A stretch of DNA of 64,000 nucleotides, taken from Camelus ferus. Lineage: Eukaryota. The stretch covers positions 111,974,001 to 112,038,000 of the forward strand of contig NC_045697.1 of assembly GCF_009834535.1 (NCBI RefSeq), in the 5' to 3' direction. The translations under genes and the position numbers were made by a program. Positions 39,218-51,669 of the stretch are shown piece after piece (within the stretch, counting starts at the first letter, position 1; each line of letters begins with the position of its first letter). The notes below the pieces were generated by a model. That model saw only the letters and a program-made list of their open reading frames with translations. It searched no databases and was not told the DNA's origin.

Positions 39218-40845
39218 CCTCCTTGGAAGATAAATCAGAGAAAGGGAACATAGAGGCTTTAGTTTGATTGGTTGGTTATAAAACCAAGCAGAATTTTCTT
39301 CTGGTGTTGCTTTGCATTTTAACAGAAACTGAAACAAAAATGACACCACAGATAAGATGCAGAGTTCTATACAGAAATCAAGGAAAGGACAGGCCATCTA
39401 AGGGAAAAAATAAGACGATGACACAAGGGGAGAGCTGGACAGCCCAGGTCAGGGCTCTTGGCTGGAGACCCGCTTGAAGTAGATTTCTTGCAGGCACTTC
39501 TTAAAAGCTGTGGGTCTTTTCCAGAGCTCGGCTGCATGTGTTGGATTTTATGAGTTGGATTATCACTGGATCAAATCTGGAGAGAGACCCTGCAAAGAAG
39601 ATTAGATGTCATATACTACAGTTACATTGTAAAGGTGGAACTATTACGAAATCTTACTATAAAGAAAACTAAGAAAAGGGATTCAGGGTTTAGGCTACCT
39701 ATAAAGGGTTTATTTGAATAGTGTAAAATAAATAGATACATATTAGAGAATGAAGGTTGAAGGTTAAAAATTAGAAAGAAATCAGATGTGTCAAAGATAA
39801 CAGGGGGTATAAAGTAACTGGAGAAGGTACTTAAAATAAGATGTTTGCTCTAGCTGGGACCCTAATTGCCAAGTTTGACGAGCCTCTGGATATGCAGTTA
39901 CTGGGTTCTCTGACACTCAACATGCCAGTCTAGATTCAGTCATCCAAGCCTTGAGCCTGAGTTGCTCAGATCATCCCTGAACCCTCTAGGGTACTTGCTT
40001 CACAGTTAGCAAAGGGAGTCCAACTTGAATCCAGTGCTAGTGGGATTTCCCGGCCCTGAGTTAAAAAGCTGTCGAGAAACATTCCAGTTAGTCATTAGTG
40101 CTTGTGAAAGAACACGGGACCAGACGGCCAGGGGAAGGTCCCCCACATTTCTTCTCCGAGACACAACATCCTGATTGATTGCTTGTGCTTTCCGAGCACT
40201 CCAGGAAGCAGTTAAACACAACCTCTCATTTTGCTGAAATGAAAAATGAGACAGAGACATTGTAAGACATTGATTTCATGCCGTAAATAAAGGTCACATT
40301 ACATTTAGGCAAATAAATAATTCCGGAAAAGTGTCATTCTATTAGAATAGAAACTCAATTGCAACAAACTTGAGTTAAAGGCAAAGGATGCAGGGATTCT
40401 GCATGGCCTTTGGAGGGTGGCGTGGACTGGAGTGGAACCCCCTTTGAGCATCTGCTTTATTCCTCTTTTGCTTTTGCAGATCACTTTTCTCAATTTCCCA
40501 GCCCACGTGGTAGTTTCAAATATATGATGAAGCCCAAGAATAGAGTACAAGGACGGGTGAGCGAGGATTCTGGAGGTCAAGGGAAGAGGTTGGCATAAAT
40601 TCACAAAAGAACCTTAATAAGCCTAAAACAAAACGAGAACAATCACAAAAGGCAGAGATGGATAAGGGAAAGGTGATTGTTGGCGGAACTTGGGCACTGA
40701 AATGTGTGTGAATCCCTTTCTACTGTTCAATGCACCAGGGGTCTGTCCACTTCCACTGGAAGAGTTTAAGAGGGATGTTGTGTCCCCAGGGAAAACCAGG
40801 CTCCAATCGTGGTGAGGGAAGCACAGTGACTGATCTTCAGAGGAA

Positions 40846-40938
40846 CTTTTTTTTAAATTGGAGGCACTGGAGATTGAACCCAGGACCTTGTACACGCTAA
40901 CCATGCGCTCTACCACAGAGCTAGACCCCGCCCCCCCG
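40846..40938 (-). mobile_element. tRNA-derived SINE
   Basis: Reverse complement of the SINE head; TSD tcttcagaggaa. Confidence 0.92.
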
Positions 40939-41059
40939 TCTTCAGAGGAATGTTGTTTATGATTCTGTGACGCAAGGATCTGCAGAGAGGCCGTGAGAGG
41001 GGTTTGCACAGACTGCAAGTAAACCAGAGACGTCTGTCCATAAACCTTTGACCTTTTTA

Positions 41060-41195
41060 AAAAAAAGTTAAGTTTTTTGTTTGTTTGTTTGTTTTGGGGG
41101 GAGATAATTAGATTGATTGCTTTATTTTAGTGGAGATGCTGGGGATTGAACCCAGGATTTTGTGGCTCTACCACTGAGCTATACCCTGCCCCCCG
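41060..41195 (-). mobile_element. tRNA-derived SINE with internal deletion
   Basis: gctggggattgaacccagga...ctctaccactgagctataccc. Confidence 0.85.
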
Positions 41196-41544
41196 ACAGT
41201 TGACTCTTCTATCCCATCAGTCTCTTTCTTTCTTTTTCTGTTTGGCTCAATGTTATTACTAGAAGCCAAAAAGTGAGCAGAGTAGAATTTTATATCATCT
41301 CATCATTCATAAACATGATAGACACCTCTAAATAGTTTGGGAATTTTCCATTTTAATAGGATATCCTGTGTTGAACACAAGAATCTTTCCTTTGGCCGTA
41401 TTACCATTTCATTTCCGCTGGTTCTTTCGTCCAATGTTCAGGCATTGTTGAGCAATTTGTATTGTGTTGTGTGTGCAACTGAGCGCGAGTCAGGACCGAC
41501 TGGGCACTGCTCAGGGTGTCCCGGGCTGCTCTGAGGGCCTGATC

Positions 41545-41720
41545 TGCAGATCATGTCATCTGTACACACAGCCGGTGACATGGGCACTGTTCTTTTCCTG
41601 TTTTTCGGTGGAGGAAACTCAACCACAGAGAAATTCAACCATCAGCCTTGGGCCACACAGGCAGGAAGTGGGATGTGAGCCTCAGTGTGTAGACCCTTCT
41701 CCTTAACTCAGTTGTCTCTC
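41545..41720 (-). mobile_element. MIR SINE
   Basis: cctgtttttcggtggaggaaactcaaccacagaga...gggatgtgagcctcag. Confidence 0.6.
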
Positions 41721-42704
41721 CAAAGGCTGCGATTAAGTGCCCAGTTTATGGTACACACCGAGAGGGTTTTCCACAAGGAGGGAAGGCATGGTTGATTTCC
41801 AGGCATTTGACCCGGCCTCCAAGAAGGCTGAATCGGTGAGGACTGGGAATGCTGAATTGCACAGTTAAACAACAGGGACCCACCAGAGGATTAGAGGTCT
41901 TGCAGCAAAGAGGGAAAGCTACCTCGGTGATGCTTTAGATGAGCAGAGTATTTGGTGTGGCCTGCGGTGGGAGGTAGGTTTAGTGGGGACAACCAGGCGT
42001 GGGAGTGAGGGAGTTAGGACCCAGGTGAGAGGTCTTCGGACCAGTCTTGCAACTGTCTAGGTATGCAGTGATTTGGGCTGGAAACAATATGATTTCAGGG
42101 GATAAGAGGAAGATAAAATAGATAATACCTTCCGTATCCCACAGCTTTCCTTCCTTACCACAGGCACACTTAATTTTTCTGTGTTCTTTCCCTCTGAGAA
42201 TTTCCCAGCAAAACAGGCATGTTTTCCTTTGATATCTGAGGCTCATCGGGCTCAGTTCCGCTGTTCATGGCTTGAAAAGTAACCGCGTGGGACGAATGAA
42301 AGCCCGACCTTCCTTCTCTGTCTCTCCGACGGCAGACCTCGCTCAGCACTGGCAGTGGCTTCTGTGATGTTTGACGTACTCTGGGTATTTAAACACCAGC
42401 AGAGGCTTTTGAAGGCCTGGACGGTGTCGACTCATCTCCAGAAAATGACAAGGTCTGACCCCATCGCCCAAAGAACTACGTCACAGGCAAAGGTGCCTCC
42501 GAAGCCCTTTCCATCTCTGCCCTTTCTCTTAGAGGACTGCCCTCCTGAGGGAAGTCTTAATGCCTTTACATCTTTCGGTGCTTTACATTTCAATTTGTAC
42601 AGTTTGATTTTTTGCTGGTAATTCTTAACTGGGGCCTGTTGTCATTTGCAGGCTTTTGTTTTGTTTTTTCATGGATCTCAGGCCACCTCTTTTCAAAATG
42701 AGTT

Positions 42705-42990
42705 ATCCTGAAACATTATCTCAGTAAGTCAGACCTGAAAGGACAAATATTATGTGACTCCACTGACACAAGATACCCAGAGGGTCAAAATCATAAAGAT
42801 GAAAACAGAATAATGGTTACCAGGGCCTGGGGTGGGTGAGGGGAGGTGGAGATTATTGTTTAGTGGGTAGAGAGTTTCAGATTGGAATGGTGGTCACACT
42901 GCAACGTACTGCACTGAATGCCACTCTGCTGTACACTTACAATGAAGTGGCACACTGCACGCTACATATATTTTATCATAATAAAAAAAG
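42705..42990 (+). mobile_element. L1MB-like 3' end
   Basis: aaaggacaaatattatgtgactccact...atggttaccagggcctggg...tattttatcataataaaaaaa. Confidence 0.8.
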
Positions 42991-43421
42991 AATCATACTA
43001 ACTTACCCGAATCCCCCACGCCCCCACCCCTTGTAGGACTGATCTGTCGCTGGCTTGGTTTCAGGGATCTCACTAATAATTCTATATTGTTGAAATTCCT
43101 TTTGTAACATGGGCAGTTATAAGTATCTATTAAACACTGATCAGGCTCCACCACTCCCTTCCATCCAGGTATATAATTGGTCCTCTTTGCCTAGTACCTT
43201 TTCATAAACCTTATTCTCCTGAAAATTAGGTCCACAAGGTGTAAAAAAATGTCATGGAAAATAATAATTAAAAGAATTACAGAGCTTTATATTTAAACTA
43301 AAAAAAAGTGCAGTATACTGTATATGTGTTCACATGCAATATAATGTGTACGTGCAATTGAACTGTAATAATTCTACATAATAAAACTGAAAGGAGAAAA
43401 GGAAAGAATTTTAGCGCTTGA

Positions 43422-46210
43422 TGGTAGCAAATACTTTTTCCCGTTCAGTAGGTTGTCTTTTCGTTTTGTTGATGGTTTCTTTTGCTGTGCAAAAGCTTTT
43501 AAGTTGAATTAGGTCCCATTTGCTTATTTTTGCTTTTCCTTACATGACTCTAGGAGCTGGTTCGAAAAAAATATTGCTGCAATTTATGTCAAAGAATGTT
43601 CTATGTTTTCCTCTAGGAGTTTTAGAATATTTGGTCTTATATTTAGGTCTTTAATCCATTTTGAATTTATTTTTGTATATGGTGTTAAAGAATGTTCTAA
43701 TTTCATTCTTTTACATGTAGCTGTCCAATTTTCCCAGCACTGCTTATTGAAGAGGCTGTCTTTTCTTTTTTTTTTCTTTTCTTTTTTTTAATTGAAATAT
43801 AGTCAGTTACAATGTGTCAGTTTCTCGTGTACAGCATAATGTCCCAGTCATGCATATAAATGAATATATATATTCATTTTCATATTCTTTTTCATTAAAG
43901 GTTATTACAAGTTTATTATAGTTCCCTGTGCTATACAGAAGAAATTTGTTTTTTTAATTAATTTTTATGTATAGTTGTTAATATTTGCAAATCTTGAACT
44001 CCCAAAGTTATCCTTTCCCACCCCTTTTCCCTGGTAACCATAAGATTGTTTACTATGTCTGTAAGTCTGTTTCTGTCTTGTAGATGAGTTCATTAGTGTC
44101 TTCTTTTTTTAGATTCTGCATAAGAGTCATAAGATCATATGGCATTTTTCTTTCTCTTTCTGGCTTACTTCACTTAGAATGATGATCTCCAGGTCCATCC
44201 ATGTTGCTACAAATGGCATTATTTTATTCTTTTTTATGGCTGAGTAGTATTCTGTTGTATAAATATACCACATCTTCTTTATCCTGTCATCTGTCAATGG
44301 ACATTTAAGTTGTTTCCATGTCTTGGCTATTGTAAATAGTGCTGCTATGAACATTGGGGTGCATGTATCTTTTCTAATTAGAGTTCCCTCCAGATATATG
44401 CCCAGGAGTGGGATTGCTGGATCATATAGTAAGTGTATTTTTAGTGTTTTTAGGAGTCTCCATACTGTTTTTTATAATGTCTGCACCAAACTGCACTCCC
44501 ACCAGCAGTGTAGGAGGGCTCCGTTTTCTCCACACCCTCTCCAGCATTTATCATTTGTGGACTTTTGAATGATGGCCATTCTGACTGGTGTGAGGTGGTA
44601 TCTCATTGTAGTTTTGATTTGCATTTCTCTGATAATTAGCAATATTGAGCATTTTTTCATGTGCCTATTGGCCATTTGTATGCTTTCATTGGAGAATTGC
44701 TTGTTTAGGTCTTGTGCCCATTTTTGGATTGTGTTGGTTTCTTTGTTGTTGTTCTTATTAAGCCATATGAGCTGTTTCTATATTCTGGAAATTAAACCTT
44801 TGTCAGTTACATCATTTACAAATATTTTCTCCCTTTCTGTAGATTGTCTTTTGGTTTTGCTTATGGTTTCTTTGGCTGTGGAAAAGTTTTTGAGTTTAAT
44901 TAGATTCCATTTGTTTACTTTTGCTTTTATTTCTGTTTCCTGGGTAGACTTCCCTAGGAGAATATTACTATGATTTATGTCAGAGAATGTTTTGTTTATT
45001 TGTTATAGGAGTTTTATAGTGTTTTGACTTATATTTAAGTCTTTAAGCCATTTTGAGTTTATTATTGTGTATGATGTAAGGGGGTGTTCCAACTTCATTG
45101 ATTTGCATGCTGCTGAAGTGACTGTCTTTTCTCCATTGTATGTTCTTGCCTCCTTAGCTTAGATTAATTGACCATAGTTTTGTTGGTTTATTTCTGGACT
45201 TTCTATTCTGTTCTATTGATCTATGTGCCTGCTTTTGAGCCAATACCATACTGTTTTGATGACTGTAATTTTGTAGTATAGCCTGAAGTCAGGAAGCATG
45301 ATTCCTCCAGCTCCATTCTTCTTTCTTAAGATTGTTTTGGCTGTTCAGGATCTTTTGTGTTTCCTTACAAATTTAAAAATTTCTGTTCCAGTTCTGTGAA
45401 AAATGTCATTGAGAATTTGATGGGATTGCAGTGAATCTGTAGATTGCCTTGGGTAATATGGCCATTTTAATACTATTTATTCTTCCAATACAAGAACACA
45501 TGTAAATTGGTGCAACCACTATGGAGGACAGTGTGGAGGTTCCTTAAAAAAACTAAAAATATACTTATTATATGATCCAGCAATCTCACTCCTGGGCATA
45601 TATTTTGAGAAAACTCTAATTCTAAAAGACACATGCACCCCAGTGTTCACAGCAGCACTATTTATAATACTCAAGACATGAAAACAACCTAAATGTCCAT
45701 TGACAGATGAATGGATAAAGATGTGGTATATAAATACAATGGAATATTATTCAGCCATAAAAAGAATAAAATAATGCCCTTTGCAGCAACATGGATGAGC
45801 CTAGAGATTATTATATTAAGTGAAATAAGTCAGACAGATAAGGACAAATATCAAATGATATCAGTTATATGTGGAATCCAAAAACATGATACAAATTTTA
45901 TTTACAAACTCCAAATAGACTCACAGACATAAAAAACAAACTATGGTTACCAAAGAGGAAAGGGCAGGGAGGGATAAATTAGGAGTTTAGGATTTATAGG
46001 TACACATTACTATATATAAAATAGATAAATATCAAGGACCTACTGTATAGCACAGGGAACTATATTGAATTTCTAGTAATAACATATCATGGAAAAAATC
46101 TCAAAAAAATATATGTATGTATATGTTTAACTGAATCACTTTCCTGTACACCTGAAAATAACATTGTAAATCTACATGCCCTTCAATTAAAAAAGCAAAC
46201 AAACAAAAAA
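43422..46210 (+). mobile_element. 5'-inverted L1 (antisense ~43428-45498, sense ~45500-46210)
   Basis: Antisense ORF2 abuts a sense 3' end with polyA; flanked by degenerate TSD gaattttagcgcttga / gaattatagagcttga. Confidence 0.8.
43766..45113 (-). mobile_element. Young L1 3' end nested in the inverted L1
   Basis: Minus ORFs [10 protein letters not shown]... and [19 protein letters not shown]-rich tail at left; flanks tgaagaggctgtcttttc / tgaagtgactgtcttttc. Confidence 0.9.
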
Positions 46211-47624
46211 GAAGGAATTATAGAGCTTGAGAAACTGAGTTAAAATACTAAAAAAAACTTTACCATCAGACTTCTCAAAATTTTTTATCTATTAACATAC
46301 ATAAAGAATATTCAAGAAGGGAGCATATCACGTGTATTTTCCCAACATTTCTGACCACACAACTGTTTAGTAACAGAAAATATCTTGGGACTAATATTCC
46401 TTGGATGACAGTTTTGGGGGAATAGAGGTCTACAGAGTAAAATCCAAGTATTTAGTGTGACTTCCAACATCTTCATGATGATTTCAACTAAAATCCTACC
46501 TTTTCTCACATTTTTCCTTACTTGTGTAGTATGTAGTCATATGATACTTCTCGATATTTCTGAGCATAATTTGCACTCTTGGCTCCCAGGCACTTGCTTA
46601 GGCTCCGTTTGAAATAAACTCCTCTCATATTTATTCTCTGGAGACACTTCACTTCATCCATTTACCAGTTTCCCCTGGTCCTTTAAGTGTAAAGGAAATG
46701 TCTTTTTCTGTAATTACGATAGAAAACCTCTTCCGTGAGCACTCATGATTCCCCTTGGCAGTACTATTAATTGTTCACAAGCCTCTTGTTAGGTGTTGTT
46801 AGTGCCAGGTACAACTCTGTCTTCTGCATCTTTGCATTTTCCACAGCCTGCTGTTATTCACATCAGATAGGTGCCCAGTGTGCATATATTTGCAAACTTG
46901 TACTTAATTATGCAGCAGCACCTGTGATGTATGGAGCTCAGAACCAGGTTCAATTGGCAGGATTAAAAAATATTGGTCACGGTTTCTGTTTGCTAGGAGA
47001 TAGGGAACCAACATATGCAGAACTGAAATAATTTCAGAAACATCACGGAGTGAAATACCTGGTGTGAACAGTGGGCTAGAAATAGAATACGTGAATGCTG
47101 AAGCAATGGACAGTTAGAACCAACCTAAGCTGGCTGGTTTAGGGATCTCGTCTGAACTGAATTTTAAAGGAAGTGCCGGTCATGGCTCAGGGACGTGGAC
47201 CAGAAATGCTGTTTTCTTTTGCTGTCATCCTACTTAAGATCACCATCATCAAATCACTTCCTATCACCATCTTGTTATCAAAGAGCTGCGCATGGACTGT
47301 GCTGTCTGGTGATCTTGACTCAGCCTCCTAGTGTGACGAGCTTCCAGGGCTCGGTAGGATGTACATGTAGAGGGATTGTACTCCAGCACCTCACCAGTGA
47401 TGCGATTTTCTTCTTTGATACTGAGGATGGAGTGTAAACAACAAAGGAAAAGTGACAGAGGTGTTTTATACTCTAGCAAGCCATAGTATATCAACCACAT
47501 GATCATTCTGATGGAAAGTGTTGTTTTACAAAGCATTAACTTGACCTGAACTTTAATGCCATGTTGACATTGTACTCTGGTGGCAAAAAGACTCATGGGT
47601 TTTTGCTCTGTCTTTTATTTATTT

Positions 47625-48238
47625 TTTTTCATCCCACAACTTTTTCTTTTAATTGAGTTATAGTCATTTTACAATGTTGTATCAAATTCCAGTGTAGAGC
47701 ACATTTTTTCAGTTATACATGAACATACATGTATTCATTGTCGCATTTTTTTCTCTGTGAGCTACCACAAGATCTTGTTTATATTTCCCTGTCCTATACA
47801 GCATAATCTTGTTTATCTATTCTACATTTTGAAATCCCAGTCTGTCCCTTCCCACTCCCTGCCCCCTTGGCAACCACAAGTTTGTATTCTATGTCTATGA
47901 GTCTGTTTCTGTTTAGTATTTATGTTCTTTTTTTTTTTTTTTTTAATTCCACATATGAGCAATCTCCTATGATACTTTTCTTTCTCTTTCTGGCTTACTT
48001 CACTTAGAATGACATTCTCCAGGAACAACCATGTTGCTGCAAATGGCGTTATGTTGTCGGTTTTTGTGGCTGAATAGTATTCCATTGTATAAATATACCA
48101 CAGCTTCTTTATCCAGTCATCTGTTGATGGACATTTAGGCTTTTTCCATGTCTTGGATATTGTAAACAGTGCTGCTATGAACATTGGGGTACAGGTGTCT
48201 TTTTGAAGTAGGGTTCCTTCTGGATATATGCCCAGGAG
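47625..48238 (-). mobile_element. Young L1 3' end
   Basis: Minus [41 protein letters not shown] plus 3' UTR. Confidence 0.95.
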
Positions 48239-49695
48239 TAGCTTTGGTATTATTACTTAAATCATTCTGACTTTTAAGACACCAAGAAAGTCTTTACAAT
48301 TCCTGCTCTATGGAAGCCTACTGTAGGGGATTCAGCTGCCTGAAGTGACCGCTGGCCTTCGCTAATTACTTGACCGTTACTTGACCTTTGGAAGCACCAT
48401 GGACACGTCCTGCCACAGCCGGCGAGCGGGAAGGGGCAGGCAGTGCCACAGGCCGTTAGTAGCCGGGACACACTGATTTTGGCAACTCCAGTGATGAAAA
48501 CTCAGAAGAAAAAATTGTTGAAAAAAAATCAAGGCCCCTATTTGGTTACACCACAGAAATAATGGGGACATTTAGACCAGCTAAAAATGATGCCCGGAGA
48601 CATAATTGCATTGAAAGGATTAGTCATCTCATTCGATAAACCTCCCGCAGCCCACCTTCTCCGAACTGGGCGTGTGTCTCACTTACTTGAAAGGCCAGCT
48701 GTGCTTCCTCTTGTGAATATTCAGCGCAAGAGAGAAGGCCAGCTTTCCTTAACACGGGCAAGCCTCTAACGTTTCCTGTTAGTGGAGTGCTTCTTTTGAA
48801 TGAGATATTGAGCTATTACATTTAACCAAATAGTGCACGGGAAGGTGCTTTGCAAGCAGTGGAGTAATTCCCAACAGCCATAACAGAATAACATTTGATG
48901 CATTACGACATACTCCCAGCACTCCATTACATACACGACTGCTTTTATTGTCATCACTTGAGGCAATTTCTTGCTTTGGAATTTAGATCTTACTCGCATT
49001 CGGTTTGTAAAAGGGATTTCCCATATCATTTGATACAGGTGTGAGAGACATTGGCAAAATGCAAGAAATGGAGAAGGCGGAGTGGTGGTGGTGTGTGTGG
49101 TAAGGGCGGAGGGAGAAGGTCCAGGAGAGGGAGGCTGCTCCTGAGAATAGGTATCATTCAATCACTAGAATTTTACTGCCACAGGAGCCTCATTTCAGAG
49201 TAGAATCTTTGGAGGACTCTAATCTGCAAAATCACTGGAGAGAGGAAAAGAAGGGAACTGCAACGGATTCGCCATCATTATTGGGTGAATTTGGTACTTC
49301 TGTTTTCTTGCCCGTATAAATAATGTTGGAAATAATTCTAACTTCAGCCTCTTCTATGTACTTCTGAATCGGGCGTATACCTTGAGATATTATCTGTTGA
49401 GCTCTTCTTTCTCCCAACATATTCCCCACTATAGCCAACCAGAGAGTCCACGTGGCTCCAAGAAGAAGGAAGGATATTATAAAAGGAGTAAAAAAAAAAA
49501 AAAAAAAAAAAGAGCAAACAAGAAAGAGGGAGTCTTCAGTGTTCTTGACTTCAGCATAGGGCATTGGGAATCAAGGGAAGAGCTGGGGCGTGTGGGGAAC
49601 CAGCAGCTGACACCGTGGAAGAAGAGTGCATGCAGAGTAGACAGTGGCTGCTATGAATGACGGATGCTGAGGATCCGTGAATGCCATAATACCAC

Positions 49696-49779
49696 GGATG
49701 CTACGGATGCTGTGGAAGCTAGGCATGCCATGGATGCAATGAATGCTATGGTGGATGCCACGAACGGGGTGGATGCTAT
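49696..49779. repeat. Degenerate 9-bp tandem array (consensus ggatgcyay), 9 units plus a 3-nt insert
   Basis: ggatgctac ggatgctgt ggaagctag gcatgccat ggatgcaat gaatgctat ggt ggatgccac gaacggggt ggatgctat. Confidence 0.85.
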
Positions 49780-49819
49780 AGTGGGATCGCCTCCTCCCGG
49801 GCTGGTTCGAGCTAGAAGA

Positions 49820-49990
49820 GCCGCCCAGGCTCAGTTTCAGGGACTTTAAATAGAGGCTTGGTCAATGCTGGAAACCAGTCCGACGCCGCCAAAGGCTGCT
49901 GACCGTCCGCGGAAGCAGTCCGCCTGCCGCCCAGGTTAAGGCGAGGAGACAGTGTCCACCCCGTCCACGAGGGTCCTTTCAGTATTGGCT
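49820..49990 (-). promoter_or_regulatory. Candidate Pol II promoter (CCAAT, GC box, TATA)
   Basis: Minus strand order: CCAAT 49984-49988, GGGCGG 49927-49932, TATTTAAA 49845-49852, within a CpG-retaining patch. Confidence 0.45.
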
Positions 49991-50539
49991 GCCGACATAG
50001 GGCTCACTTGTCATTTTGCACAGTGATGTCAGGCTGTATCTAACCTGTTCCACGTGGGTATCAGCCTACCTCCACTCCCTTAAATAGCCCATTAGAAATT
50101 CCAAAGTTGAGCAATTTGCCTAAGGCATAAAGTCAGTAAAGCTCTTTCTAAGATTTATCCCAAATATACAGTTAGGATTCAAACGCAGTCCAATCCGAGG
50201 AACGGAGCCTTTAACCACTGGAATATACAGAGAGCCAAGAAACAGAATCATGAAAACTGGCATGAGTGAACACTGCATCTGTGACAGGCTGACCTCTGGA
50301 CCCAACGACCAGGTGCTTAGAAGGGGCACTTTCCACTAGTCATGATCTTGTGAAAAAATTTTTAAAAAATATTTATTTCTTAAGTATTTGGAATGGCTGT
50401 TTTAATAGATGTCGATGATAATAAGCTCATGCTTTATTCCAACTCTAACTCAAGAAATCATCACCGACCTTCTCTCCTGTGCTATTCTCTGAAGCTCCAC
50501 TTTTTGTTTTTTTTTTTGTTTTGTTTTGTTTTGTTTTTT

Positions 50540-50640
50540 CACTTGTAAAATTAAAAGGAAACACCTACTGTACAGGGTTATGAGGATTAAATTAGGTAAC
50601 ATGTCAAATGTCAAATTACTTAGCACAGTGTCTGACACAC
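50540..50640 (+). mobile_element. MIR SINE fragment
   Basis: cacttgtaaaatt...gggttatgaggattaaattaggtaacatgt...cttagcacagtgtctgacaca. Confidence 0.7.
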
Positions 50641-51133
50641 ACAAGACCTAGAAAACTTGAGTTACCTTCTCAGAAAAAACAGAGAAAAAGTTCCTAGGAC
50701 TATTTTCATGTATCAACCACATAGAAAGGTCAGTTCCAGAAAGAAGTGTATATCATTTCTGTTTAGTAACCATACCTCCTTATCTGCTTTGGATGTTTAC
50801 CCAAATGCATCTTTCTTGCATGCTGATCCTGCTGAGGTCCTGAGTAGGGGTTTCAGTGACTTCACAGAGGGGAGTGAAATAGGAGGCGAGGCAGCCTGTT
50901 TGCATGATCCTCCCTGGACCTTGTTCTAGGAAAGCCAGATCTTGTGCCTCCCGCCAGCCCCAGTCATGCCCCGAGCTCTGTCCCCAGGATGGCCAGAGCC
51001 CCAGCCAGCATACAACCCAATGCCCGTCTTTGAGGAGGTTGTAATTTGAGTTAGAGACCTCAAACTCATGCATTTGATCCCTTTAATATTGATGCGCCTT
51101 TATACGATCTTTCTTCTTAAGAATCCATGGCAT

Positions 51134-51669
51134 TGTTAGGTAGTTCGGTAAGTGGGGGCACCAGGCAGACAGATGGAGAAGAAAGGTAATGATCCTGAAG
51201 ATGGCATTACGCCCACCTCCAGCATAAAGGGGCTGCTTCTAAATGAGTGCCAGTGAGAAACTTGTTCAAACTCAACAGCCACAACTGCGCAGTAGCGAGA
51301 AGGACTTAACTGGACAGGATCCAATGCTCATTGTAATATAATTAGCATTGAGGTTTAGGCACCCCTGCCCCATGGGTTTCTCTGTGTGCATCATGGGTAA
51401 GGACATGCGCAAAAGGGGACAAGCATGACTAAGTATTCCAGGGGCAAGAGCTGTCAATCAATCAAGAGACCACCTTTAAGTGAGGGTGTAAGAGAAAGAG
51501 GAGACAAAGACCACCACGATTCTCCCTTGAATCAGTTCACCTCTGACTCTTCTTTTCCTAAATAAATCTTTTAAAATCTTTCTGCTCCACAATGCTTTCT
51601 GTCTGCTGTCTGTAAATCTTTCAGGTAAGACAAGAACTGGAGTCTTTTCCATTTCTCTTTTGGGTAACA
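51134..51669 (+). mobile_element. ERV1-like solo LTR
   Basis: TGTTAGG...GGTAACA termini, AATAAA near 51561, perfect 4-bp TSD gcat. Confidence 0.9.

Noticed and set aside
42372..42393. TGACGTA plus TATTTAAA as a plus-strand promoter
   Set aside because: Only two short motifs with no supporting exon or ORF downstream.
49470..49511. PolyA tail of a processed pseudogene
   Set aside because: No canonical AATAAA, no TSD found and no recognisable parent mRNA.
49696..49779. CRISPR-like or CDR1 repeat array
   Set aside because: No unique spacers, eukaryotic context, and the unit is not the miR-7 site/LEDVD-type repeat of CDR1.
5777..51669. Two same-family, same-orientation LTRs as ends of one provirus
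   Set aside because: They are 45 kb apart and clearly diverged, there is no gag/pol/env between them, and the right LTR has its own TSD.
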